Of a DNA stretch of 64,000 bases, positions 28,904 through 37,928 are shown in pieces; the stretch's first letter is position 1; the number at the start of each line of letters is the position of its first letter. Made by a program: the position numbers and the translations under genes. The stretch covers positions 1-64,000 of the IMG/VR virus record IMGVR_UViG_3300020186_000001; one strand, written 5' to 3'. The notes under the pieces are model-generated. The model saw nothing but the letters and a program-made list of their open reading frames with translations. It was not told the DNA's origin and did no database searches. Source of the DNA: a virus.

Positions 28904-28918
28904 TTTCTACGTAGAAAC
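28902..28918. promoter_or_regulatory. palindrome TTTCTACGTAGAAA, copy 2
   Basis: Perfect palindrome at 28904-28917, abutting the tube stop codon. Confidence 0.45.
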
Positions 28919-28966
28919 CGCTTTTAGTTAATAATATAAACAAGTTAGATTGACCGAGGTTCCAAA

Positions 28967-29380
28967 ATGATGAAGAAACAGTATGGCTTGCCAAGCATGG
29001 ATCACAAGTTCTCGATTCAGGTTATTGGTGATGAATCTGGAATAAATTGGGTGGGCGACTTTCTATATCGTCGTCCCACCCTTTATGAACGCACAACGAT
29101 TGATGTTCTGCGTGCTCGGCTTAATGGCGATCTAGTGACTATTGACGCAGATGTTAGAGCTTTTAACGAAGCCTATGCCCATCTGCGTTGGACTTTGAAA
29201 GAATATCCAGACTGGTGGAAAGAGTCTGACTTTGGTGGAGCACTCTATGATGCGAACGTCCTTCTTGAAGTCTACAACAAGGCTGTAGAGTTTGAGGCGA
29301 ACTGGCGTAGGAAGGTTCATGGAGGAGATTCTAAAAAAGTAGAGGCTGGCAATGAAGAACCTGTCGGAGCTACTCCGTAA
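28967..29380 (+). CDS. tail assembly chaperone
   Basis: Between tube and tape measure; GDFLYRRPT...PDWW. Confidence 0.65.
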   Translation: MMKKQYGLPSMDHKFSIQVIGDESGINWVGDFLYRRPTLYERTTIDVLRARLNGDLVTIDADVRAFNEAYAHLRWTLKEYPDWWKESDFGGALYDANVLLEVYNKAVEFEANWRRKVHGGDSKKVEAGNEEPVGATP

Positions 29381-29846
29381 TCAGACTTTCAATAACGACA
29401 ACCTTCATCGCGTTGCCATCTCGAATCTCAGTGATCATGAAAGACGAATTCAAAGATGGTGGTGCAAGAAGTATAAAACACCGCTCAAGGACTTTGAGGA
29501 TCACACGATTGAGGAGCTGGTCGTTGAGATGTTGGAGGACTATTATGATAACAATCCATCCGAGATCGAGAGATTCCTTAGCACAGAGGGCGTTGATCCT
29601 GAGTGGGATGGGAAAATGTCTGCTGACTATGAAGCGGAGATTCAAAAGAGACTCAAAAAGATTAATGAACGTAATCATGTTGATCTTAAGAAATATCAGA
29701 CTCCTGACGAAAACCTTACTGATGATCAAATCCAGAGTATCCTTGATACTGTCGGCAAGAATCTTCCCAAGTCCAGGATGGTAACTAAGAACGAAGACGG
29801 ATCTATGACTCTTGGCAGTTCTGATGAGTTTGAAGATAAATTCTGA
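29352..29846 (+). CDS. tail assembly chaperone 2
   Basis: RWWCKKYKTP...LEDYY; precedes the tape measure. Confidence 0.55.
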   Translation: MKNLSELLRNQTFNNDNLHRVAISNLSDHERRIQRWWCKKYKTPLKDFEDHTIEELVVEMLEDYYDNNPSEIERFLSTEGVDPEWDGKMSADYEAEIQKRLKKINERNHVDLKKYQTPDENLTDDQIQSILDTVGKNLPKSRMVTKNEDGSMTLGSSDEFEDKF

Positions 29847-29854
29847 GGTGATAG

Positions 29855-32260
29855 ATGTCAAAAATAGCCAAGGTCTCGTTAAGTGCGGATGTCGGTGGAT
29901 TTAAAAGGCAGATGGATCAGGCCAAGAAAGTCCTTGGCGATCTTGGTAATGCAAAGATATCTCCTCAAGCCTCGCAGCAAATCGCAGCGATATTCTCAGC
30001 TCAAACTCAAAAGAAGGCCGATGAACTTAAGAGCACGATCTCCGGCTTAACGGATGAGCTAAGAGACCTCGCATCAGTCGGTCAAGCTGCTTGGAATGAA
30101 AAAAAGATAATCGCAGTCAGCACTCAGCTCACTGTCCTCAAAAAGAATCTAAAAGAAGTCAACGAACTTCAAGGTCAACTCGGTTTGCCAAAGGGAGTAA
30201 CTGGAGGCGGTGGAGCCGGTGGAGCACCTGCTGGCGGCGGATCCATGTTCGGCGGAATGATGCGTGGAGGCATGGGTGCCTTTGGCAAAGCTCTTGGCTT
30301 AGTTGGCGTTGGCCTTGGAATGAAGGCACTTGTTAGCAAACGCGAACAGATGGCAGATGAAAGATTAAAAATCACGCCACTGACGACTGACAACAAGATG
30401 GGTTCTGAAAGATCTAGCCTCGGCTACTCTCCATCAGAACGTCGCCAAAGTCAGGCACAGATTGCACAGCAGACTCAGGTCACAGGGAAACAGCTTGACT
30501 CCATGGTCAACATGGCTGAACAGCTTGAGCGTGGATACGGCATTGATCGTGGGACAACGGCTGAAGCGATTGGCTCGGCACGCAGGGCGGGTGTAGGTGA
30601 TCAGGAGAAGTATGTCGCAACCGCTATTGGAACAGCGGTGGCAGCGAGACTTGATGGTTCAAAGGTTGGTGAATATCTAAGTGCAATGAGCGGCTATCTT
30701 TCATCCATGTCTCAGGGTGTGGACATTGATTCTGCTTCATTGAACGGCTTTGCAGGTGCTCTCGGTTCTCTGCCATTCTTTAAAAACGATCCTAGCCGCA
30801 TTTTTGCGGCCATAGGCGGAATGGATGCTTCGTTTAAAGGTGGAGATAGGTTCCAACAATCGCAGGCTGCTGGTGCCATTCTGGACACTCCAGGTGCATC
30901 TGGAGCGTCTGCTGCTGCAATCGAAATGCGTCGTAAAATGGGACTCTTTGCAAATGTAGACAAAGAGACTATGGGCAATCTTAAAACCGCTGGGTTCAGC
31001 GATGAGGATCTCGCAGCATTGGGTGCCAGGGGTGGAGATCTCGTAAAATCTAAAATGATCAAAGAACTTAAGGCGACCGAGGGCGGTCCAGAGTCGTCTC
31101 GTGCTAAGCGGTTCGGCGAATCAATGGGCATGACGGAGGGCCAATCTTTGCCAATATACGGCAAAATAAGAGCCGCTCAAGAGAAGGGGCAAGACACCAC
31201 CAAGTTTATGGACGATATGCTTAAAGAAATAGAAGATATAACAAAAGATCCTCAGAAGCTTCTCGCAGATCGAATGAAGACCGTTGACAAGACCTTCAAC
31301 AATGTCGATGGCTCAATGAAAGATCTAACAGCTAAGATGGAGAGTCTTGGTGAAACTATTACAGACTCTCTAGTCGATCCGATGATCAAGCTCTCTGAAG
31401 GTATTGATAAGTTGGCAGAAGCCATGCTTGGCAAAAATGCTATGGGCGGAATGGGTGGAGACGCCTTGAGTCTTGCGACCTTCGGTGTCGGCTTAGCTGC
31501 TGCGATTGGAAGCCTTGGAAGTCTGGGAGCGATGTTGAGTGGTGTTGGAAGCATCGCAGGCAAGGTTAGTGGGGTGCTCGGCGGATTGTTCGGCGGTGCT
31601 GCTGCTGGTGCCGCAGGTGCTGGCGGTGTTGCTGCTGGGGGTGTTGCTGCTGGGGGTGTTGCTGCTGGGGGTGTTGCTGCCGCTAGTGGTTGGGCTACTG
31701 CTGGTGCTGCCGCTGGAACTGCCACTAAATTTGCAGGCAGAGCTGCCGGTCCAGTTGGACTCGCATACTCGGCTCTTAGTGCTGATGGTACTGGACCTGA
31801 AGAGTTCACGGATCAGAAGATCTTTGAGAGTCCAGAGAAGACTAAACAGTTTGATTCTCTAAAGACCGACAAGGAAAGAAACGCATATCAATCTGGGACT
31901 CCATACGATCAGATCATGGCTTCAAGAAATGCTGGCGATCTTATGAAAAAAGATCCAGATACTCTAAAAAAACTTATGAATACTTCAACAATGGGCAATG
32001 TTATTCCAATAAACTCTGCTGCGATGACTGCGGCAGGGATGCCAACAGATAGAATGCCAGGGTCGTCTGCGTCGGCTTCTTCCGCCACATCAGTTGCGAG
32101 TCCTTCAGTTGAATTTCCATCTGCCGTGGTGGGTGACAATACCTCTGCGATCCGCGAGCTAACCAATGCAATTAAAACTAAGAATGGAACTCCGTCTGGT
32201 TCGAAGATGCCATCCAACTCCTCCGTCTATAGCGGGAACAGATCTGCGGTGGGCAAATGA
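29855..32260 (+). CDS. tail tape measure protein
   Basis: Helical Ala/Gly-rich 801-aa protein with hydrophobic segments, after the chaperones. Confidence 0.8.
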   Translation: MSKIAKVSLSADVGGFKRQMDQAKKVLGDLGNAKISPQASQQIAAIFSAQTQKKADELKSTISGLTDELRDLASVGQAAWNEKKIIAVSTQLTVLKKNLKEVNELQGQLGLPKGVTGGGGAGGAPAGGGSMFGGMMRGGMGAFGKALGLVGVGLGMKALVSKREQMADERLKITPLTTDNKMGSERSSLGYSPSERRQSQAQIAQQTQVTGKQLDSMVNMAEQLERGYGIDRGTTAEAIGSARRAGVGDQEKYVATAIGTAVAARLDGSKVGEYLSAMSGYLSSMSQGVDIDSASLNGFAGALGSLPFFKNDPSRIFAAIGGMDASFKGGDRFQQSQAAGAILDTPGASGASAAAIEMRRKMGLFANVDKETMGNLKTAGFSDEDLAALGARGGDLVKSKMIKELKATEGGPESSRAKRFGESMGMTEGQSLPIYGKIRAAQEKGQDTTKFMDDMLKEIEDITKDPQKLLADRMKTVDKTFNNVDGSMKDLTAKMESLGETITDSLVDPMIKLSEGIDKLAEAMLGKNAMGGMGGDALSLATFGVGLAAAIGSLGSLGAMLSGVGSIAGKVSGVLGGLFGGAAAGAAGAGGVAAGGVAAGGVAAGGVAAASGWATAGAAAGTATKFAGRAAGPVGLAYSALSADGTGPEEFTDQKIFESPEKTKQFDSLKTDKERNAYQSGTPYDQIMASRNAGDLMKKDPDTLKKLMNTSTMGNVIPINSAAMTAAGMPTDRMPGSSASASSATSVASPSVEFPSAVVGDNTSAIRELTNAIKTKNGTPSGSKMPSNSSVYSGNRSAVGK
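31625..31680 (+). repeat. 15-bp tandem repeat (GGTGTTGCTGCTGGG) x about 3.7, encoding GVAAG
   Basis: Exact repeats visible in the sequence. Confidence 0.9.
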
Positions 32261-33984
32261 CTTCAAAATCTTCAGCAAGAACTCGTGAGTCAGGATTTGG
32301 CAGGTTCAAATTAGACAACCGTCGCAGCATCGCTTCAAGAAGTTGTTTCGCGAGTGTCGTTTATTTTCATTACAAGAATCAAAACCTTCTCAACGCATTC
32401 ACCACCAATCGGGATCGGAATGATCCCAACGCTGATGAAATGGCGGTTGAAACCGGTATCATTGAGACGGAAATATCATCACTGCGTGTCGCAAAGTCTC
32501 TAACATCTTCTTCAACATTCCAATTGACACTGTTGCCAAGTAAGAACTGGAAGCAAGTCCTTTCCCCTGGCGATTGGCTGATGATTTACATTCATGACAA
32601 TAGTAGTTTGAATAAGGGTGATGAGAGCATTCAAGACACAAAGAATCTCATTATGCTTGGGAATGTAGACCGTGTTTCACGCTCTTTGCAAAAAGACAAA
32701 GAGACTGACAAGACGACACTTCGTTACGTGGTCTCAGGGCGTGGCATCCAGAAGGTTTTTGAGAATACTGATATTTGGTGGAATCCTTATTTGGCCACAG
32801 ATAAAGAGATGGATGTAATTTTGCGGGATGCCGGATTAGAAATACTCGGCAATCCATCAATACTGACTAATAATTTGCTTGAAGTATTTCTTGGCAGCGG
32901 TGGCGAATTCGATGGTGGCAAAACGTCTGACATGGGTATGTGGCTTATACCTCCTTCGCTGGAAAGAGCTATGCGGGCACCCGTCACGTTTTCAGCCAGA
33001 TTTGATTCCAATCCCAATCCAGGTGTGTCTACTGACAGTGTGCCCGATTCGGCTCGGTTTGACGGTGTGGCCACAGCGGAGTTCCCTAGATTTTATGACA
33101 TCCTTGATATTCAAATTGAGAACCATCTTCCTGGATTTAAACAGAGGATGATGTTGACGGCCAATTCAAATGGATCGTTATTAGAACTTCTTCAGAGGTC
33201 ATCGAACTCTCTTGTCAACGAGCTTTATTTTGAAGAAGTCAGAGATAGTTCTGGATATGTTAGGCCAACAATTGTGCTTACGCCAAGACCTGTGCAGACT
33301 CCATTTTTTGAGTCGAAATCAGATGGTCTTAAGGGTCATTACAAGTCCCTTCAAGAACTCGGAGAGACAAACTTTGTTGAGATACTTCAGTCTGAGATTC
33401 TCTATGAGGATCTTGGTAGAGATGACCATTCGAGATTCAACCTTTGGTGGATGAATACTGACTCAAATATGGAGGGTGTCACCAACGCTCAGGCTGATAG
33501 GAATAAGACGACTGGTGCAATAAACCCAATTTTGTCATCAAAATCCATTCATCGCCATGGTCTAAGGAGATGGACACATCTCATGGAATTTTGTCACGCA
33601 AGCGGTGTCGGGTCTTCAACGCAGTCTGATCTTGTATTGTTCCAAGGATTTATGGAGCAGCTTTACGATATGAACGCGTTCAATCATCTATACGATTCTG
33701 GGACGATTGAATGCACCGGCATATTAGAGGCGGAGCTTGGCAAAGCTTTAATTGTCAAAGCTGATACAGCAATGGAGTCTCCTGATAAGATTTATTATAT
33801 CGAAGGCTATGAGCATTCGTGGAGTTTTCCCAGCACATGGCGAACAACATTCACACTAACTCATGGTCAATGGTTCACGACAGGAATAAATATATTTATT
33901 GATGCTGGCCGTTCCGATTATGGCAAGCTTGATGACGCACTAAGTTCGACATACGTTGCCCAAACCTTTACGAGCAAATCATGA
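32257..33984 (+). CDS. baseplate hub-like protein
   Basis: After the tape measure; YYIEGYEHSWSF..WRTTFTLTHG C-terminal hub motif. Confidence 0.7.
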   Translation: MTSKSSARTRESGFGRFKLDNRRSIASRSCFASVVYFHYKNQNLLNAFTTNRDRNDPNADEMAVETGIIETEISSLRVAKSLTSSSTFQLTLLPSKNWKQVLSPGDWLMIYIHDNSSLNKGDESIQDTKNLIMLGNVDRVSRSLQKDKETDKTTLRYVVSGRGIQKVFENTDIWWNPYLATDKEMDVILRDAGLEILGNPSILTNNLLEVFLGSGGEFDGGKTSDMGMWLIPPSLERAMRAPVTFSARFDSNPNPGVSTDSVPDSARFDGVATAEFPRFYDILDIQIENHLPGFKQRMMLTANSNGSLLELLQRSSNSLVNELYFEEVRDSSGYVRPTIVLTPRPVQTPFFESKSDGLKGHYKSLQELGETNFVEILQSEILYEDLGRDDHSRFNLWWMNTDSNMEGVTNAQADRNKTTGAINPILSSKSIHRHGLRRWTHLMEFCHASGVGSSTQSDLVLFQGFMEQLYDMNAFNHLYDSGTIECTGILEAELGKALIVKADTAMESPDKIYYIEGYEHSWSFPSTWRTTFTLTHGQWFTTGINIFIDAGRSDYGKLDDALSSTYVAQTFTSKS

Positions 33985-35036
33985 GCAGATACACAGAAGA
34001 TGGTGGAGTTTTAAGCTCAAAGATACCTATTGGAAACAATAGAAGTGAGCATAGGACTTTGTTTGGACTCTACCGTGGTGTCATCAAAAAAGTTGTCTAT
34101 CCTGATGATCCAAAAAGTTCCAACAGAGAACGCATTGAGTACGTTGTTAGAGTCAATGGACAAGACTATCCGAACGCAGTCAATATGCGTGAAGCTGGTG
34201 GAATAAACAACTATCGTGAGCGTGTTCGCAAGCCAGCAGAGAAGGCTTCAACAGGTGAATTTGATAAAGGGACATTCGATGAGAATCTCGATGGAGAGAT
34301 TGTCTACGTCATGTTTCTTGAGGGGTATGGCAATGTTCCAATTATCGTCGGTGGAGATCAGCATCCTAGACAAGCGAAATACAAAAAGTTCAAGAAAGCA
34401 GATGGGCTTTTTGATGAGACTGAGTTTAATGGTGTTAAGTTTCAAGTGGACAAGGACTCAAACTACACCATCAGTCAAGTCGGTCGCAAAAGCAAAGAAG
34501 GAACCACCGAAAACCAGTCTGCCGTCGGGGCATTGATTCGACTCGGTGGCAAGGATGGGGATATACTTCTCAAATCTGCTAAGGTGGGATTATTTCATCT
34601 CGACAAAGACGGCTCTGTGAAAATCATCTCAGCCGATGGCTCCATCATAACATTAAATGCCAAGGATGGAAGTTTGCTAATCGTATCTAAGGATGGGAAC
34701 ACCATCGCAATGGATAGTTCGGCAATCACAATCTCTGAGAAAAAAGGTAAAAGTGTCATTTCAATCAATGACTCTCAAGTCCAGATCACAGCAGACAAGG
34801 CTATCATTCAGTCTAAAGAGGCTACGCTTAACGCTGGTGCGGTGAATCTTGGGACAGGTGCAACTTTCACGGCAGTGATCTATGAGACAATGAAGGCAAT
34901 CTTTGATGCACACATCCATGCAACGGCTGTCGGTCCTTCTGGGCCTCCACTTCCTCCAAACACTATGTCTCTCATGGAGCTTTCGCCCGTCACTTCGGCA
35001 CAGGCTAAGTACATTAAGCTGAGGGGAAATATCTAA
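33981..35036 (+). CDS. baseplate central spike (gp5/gpV-like)
   Basis: N-terminal OB-fold (GLYRGVI..VMFLEG..PIIVG), beta-helix repeats and apex HxH motif (AHIHA). Confidence 0.8.
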   Translation: MSRYTEDGGVLSSKIPIGNNRSEHRTLFGLYRGVIKKVVYPDDPKSSNRERIEYVVRVNGQDYPNAVNMREAGGINNYRERVRKPAEKASTGEFDKGTFDENLDGEIVYVMFLEGYGNVPIIVGGDQHPRQAKYKKFKKADGLFDETEFNGVKFQVDKDSNYTISQVGRKSKEGTTENQSAVGALIRLGGKDGDILLKSAKVGLFHLDKDGSVKIISADGSIITLNAKDGSLLIVSKDGNTIAMDSSAITISEKKGKSVISINDSQVQITADKAIIQSKEATLNAGAVNLGTGATFTAVIYETMKAIFDAHIHATAVGPSGPPLPPNTMSLMELSPVTSAQAKYIKLRGNI

Positions 35037-35593
35037 TGGCGATGGACTCTGTATCAATTTGGAAAGCACAGTGGGATTTACTTCCGCTCGATCCAACTGG
35101 TTCGGCGTATCCAATCAATGTCGCCAATTTCTGTGGAGACCGCGTTGATGGCAAGATGACGGTGGCCACTCCAGTTGTGGGATCAACCAGTTTTACATTC
35201 AATAGGGCGGTCATGGCTGCCCAGATCGCTGGCTTGGTGCCATCGGTCACACCACTCGCAGGTGCAATAAAGATTGCAGACGCATGGCAATTGGCAGTCC
35301 TTGCATCGGTCTTCGTGGTCAATCCTGGAACTTTCATTGGATCAGCGGCACTCCCGACGACATGGAGTGTTATCTTTACAGCCTTGCCAATCACTGCGGC
35401 TGGGTACGTCTCTCTCATTGCAGGACTGATTGCTGCTCCCCTTGCTGGCGATCCTGGACAGAGTTCTTTCCCAGAAGAACTTCAAAAAGCGTTTAGTCTT
35501 TTGACCTACACTGTCACTGGGCTTGATAGTCAGCTACCTCCTCCGGCTGGTCCTGGTCCTCAAAGTCTTATCTACGTCACATCGGTGGTTTGA
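35036..35593 (+). CDS. hypothetical hydrophobic baseplate-region protein
   Basis: Coupled to the spike gene. Confidence 0.55.
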   Translation: MAMDSVSIWKAQWDLLPLDPTGSAYPINVANFCGDRVDGKMTVATPVVGSTSFTFNRAVMAAQIAGLVPSVTPLAGAIKIADAWQLAVLASVFVVNPGTFIGSAALPTTWSVIFTALPITAAGYVSLIAGLIAAPLAGDPGQSSFPEELQKAFSLLTYTVTGLDSQLPPPAGPGPQSLIYVTSVV

Positions 35594-36052
35594 ATGGCAA
35601 CACTGGTCACTACATTCAAAGGTGTTGAAGATAGCAGTGGAAGCTTGTTCTTTCAGTTTCCTGTTCGTGTCCCAATTCCAGGATTACCTTCAATTCCATT
35701 TCCTCCTCCGCTTGGTTTTACATTTCCATCGCTCCCGACACTCCCTTCATTACCGGCACTGGGTTTTGATTTTGCAGTCAATCTGCCAACGCTACCAACG
35801 CTTGCACTCCCTTCGATACCATTTCCTCCTCCATTGGGTTTCACGATTCCATCGTTGCCAACGATTCCGGCATTGCCAACATTTGACTTTGATTTCGCAG
35901 TAAAGCTCCCAACACTTCCGACACTCTCATTGCCTTCGATCCCGTTTCCTCCTCCTCTCTCACTAAGTCTGCCGACACTGCCAGCATTGCCTGGCCTTCC
36001 CAGCTTCTCCATGCCTGGCGTCACTGTGACGATAAGTACGTCAATCGAGTAA
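35594..36052 (+). CDS. proline-rich repeat protein
   Basis: About 2.5 copies of a 40-aa unit LPSIPFPPPLGFT(F/I)PSLPT(L/I)P...FDFAV(N/K)LPTLPTL. Confidence 0.65.
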   Translation: MATLVTTFKGVEDSSGSLFFQFPVRVPIPGLPSIPFPPPLGFTFPSLPTLPSLPALGFDFAVNLPTLPTLALPSIPFPPPLGFTIPSLPTIPALPTFDFDFAVKLPTLPTLSLPSIPFPPPLSLSLPTLPALPGLPSFSMPGVTVTISTSIE

Positions 36053-36067
36053 TCCGATAGGGGCTTT

Positions 36068-37918
36068 ATGGCTTTTGGAAATATATTAAATGATGTCAAG
36101 GGCGTACTCGCCACTGTAAACAGTCTTTTTGGAGGCAGTAGCTCCCCATATCCTGATCAAATAAACGGGGTGGGAATAGACCAAATATCCAATCAGCCTG
36201 CCTACAACGACAAGAACTGGAAAGCCTCCCGTGGTTATGCCTTCAGCGTCGTTGAGGTCGATCCAAAGTCCAACGCGATCATTGGCATCAACGATGGCAA
36301 CACTGATGCTTTGAACTGGGATGAGTTCCGTCTCCAGATCAACCCACAAGAATTGTCTCAAGATGAAGTCTTCGCAATCGAAGTTACACCAACCCTTCGC
36401 GGCGTGTTGGTTGAGCATCAAGGTGTTCTGATTAAGGATATCAGTATCTCTGGAACGACTGGTGTCTCTCCAATGAGAAGAGACGGTGGAGCGTTCTCTG
36501 ATACTGGAAACCCAATCTTTCAAGTCGGCCACTCTGGTTACAAGGAATTCCATGAATTAAGAACTTATTTCAGAGCGTATGCAGAAGCTAAAAGAACTGA
36601 AGACCGCTCTGAGAGCGAGCTTCGCATGGTGTTTAAGAATTTCAAGGATAACGAATATCTTTTTGTTGAGCCTCAGAAGTTCACCATGAAGCGTTCGGCT
36701 GACAAGCCGTTTCACTATGATTATTCGATTTCTCTCAAGGGCATTGGCGTTGCGTCTGGGATTAAGCCTCCTCAGTTGGACTTCTTTGAAAAGATCAATG
36801 CAGTCCTAGAAGACATCCAAGACTACTTGGACGCGGCTGTGAAGATCATCAGAGCGTCTTCCGGCATCCTCCTTCGCTTCCAAAGAGACATCAACAGCAC
36901 ACTGCTTGGGCCTCTCTTGGCTTTGAGGCAGGCTATTGCAGCAATCAAGGGCGGCAGGGCCTTGTATTTGACTCAGCTTGGTATCACAAGAAAGATTATT
37001 GATGATTTATTAAGCAAAACAAATGACATCCGAAATAACTTCAGTGATGGCATTGGACGCAGCATGTCTCTTTACAACGAATACTCTGGAAGGACTCCCA
37101 CTATTGTGGGATCTCCTGGTAGAATCTCGACGTATCAAGAGATCCAGATCATAAACGCTTTGAACAAGGTTGAGAAAGCTCTTCTTTTAACGGCATCTCA
37201 GCAATCAAAGCTCTTTGAGCAGAACATTTTTGATCGCAACCGCACAGTGGTCGATCAGTTCAACGGCAAGTTCGCTCTTAAGAATCCAAGCTCCGTGAGA
37301 CAGGTGACTATCAAGGGTTCTGACGATATCCATACGATTGCTTCTCGCGAACTAAGAAATCCAGATCGTTTCAGAGATCTCGTGATTCTCAACAACTTAA
37401 AACCACCATATATCTCGACGACTCCTGGTGAGGGTGTTTTGTCTCCTGGCGATCCTATTTTGATACCTCAAAACACTCCAAGTCAGGGCAGCACTGGGAC
37501 TCAGAAAAACAAACAATACAATATAACGACAGGGATGACTGAGGCTCAAAAGAACCTTGGCGTTGATCTGAGACTCAATGAGGACGGTGATTTAGTTATT
37601 TCAAACACTAAAGATTTGGATTTAGTGGCTGGAATGGATAACATGTCTCAAACGCTCTCACTCAGATTGTCATTGGAGAAGGGTTCTCTCAAACGTCATA
37701 CGTTTGTAGGAACAAGTCTAGTCACAGGTCGGAAGGTTTCAGCTCAAGGTCTCAGTGATTTGAGACAGCAGATTGTAACCTCTCTTACTACTGATTCGCG
37801 TGTTCTGTCGATTCCATTCATTGAGTTAATTCAAGATGGTGGGACGACAAAAATTAATATGGTTATAGCATTAAGAAATGTTGAGCAACCAGTTCCACTT
37901 TCGCTTGCAATAGGTTAG
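36068..37918 (+). CDS. baseplate protein with LysM-like and gp25-like domains
   Basis: IKGSDDIHTIASREL..LNNLKPPY..PGDPILIP (LysM-like); C-terminal GDL...LRLSLEKGSL.RH..G...DSRV (gp25-like). Confidence 0.7.
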   Translation: MAFGNILNDVKGVLATVNSLFGGSSSPYPDQINGVGIDQISNQPAYNDKNWKASRGYAFSVVEVDPKSNAIIGINDGNTDALNWDEFRLQINPQELSQDEVFAIEVTPTLRGVLVEHQGVLIKDISISGTTGVSPMRRDGGAFSDTGNPIFQVGHSGYKEFHELRTYFRAYAEAKRTEDRSESELRMVFKNFKDNEYLFVEPQKFTMKRSADKPFHYDYSISLKGIGVASGIKPPQLDFFEKINAVLEDIQDYLDAAVKIIRASSGILLRFQRDINSTLLGPLLALRQAIAAIKGGRALYLTQLGITRKIIDDLLSKTNDIRNNFSDGIGRSMSLYNEYSGRTPTIVGSPGRISTYQEIQIINALNKVEKALLLTASQQSKLFEQNIFDRNRTVVDQFNGKFALKNPSSVRQVTIKGSDDIHTIASRELRNPDRFRDLVILNNLKPPYISTTPGEGVLSPGDPILIPQNTPSQGSTGTQKNKQYNITTGMTEAQKNLGVDLRLNEDGDLVISNTKDLDLVAGMDNMSQTLSLRLSLEKGSLKRHTFVGTSLVTGRKVSAQGLSDLRQQIVTSLTTDSRVLSIPFIELIQDGGTTKINMVIALRNVEQPVPLSLAIG

Positions 37919-37928
37919 GAGTCCGAGG

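Noticed and set aside
28901-28918. TAATTTCTAC-GTAGA resembles the Cas12a direct-repeat handle
   Set aside because: There is no loop between the stem arms, no spacer-repeat array and no cas gene; a DNA palindrome explains it better.
29330-29380. Possible programmed -1 frameshift (T AAA AAA G) between the tail chaperone genes
   Set aside because: The -1 frame hits TGA within a few codons; the downstream chaperone is in the +1 frame and has its own start.
35653-36114. Antisense Gly/Asn-rich ORF over the Pro-rich gene, and similar shadow ORFs at 31252-31809 and 58476-59108
   Set aside because: These are mirrors of low-complexity sense repeats; unlike the intein case they show no independent domain signature.
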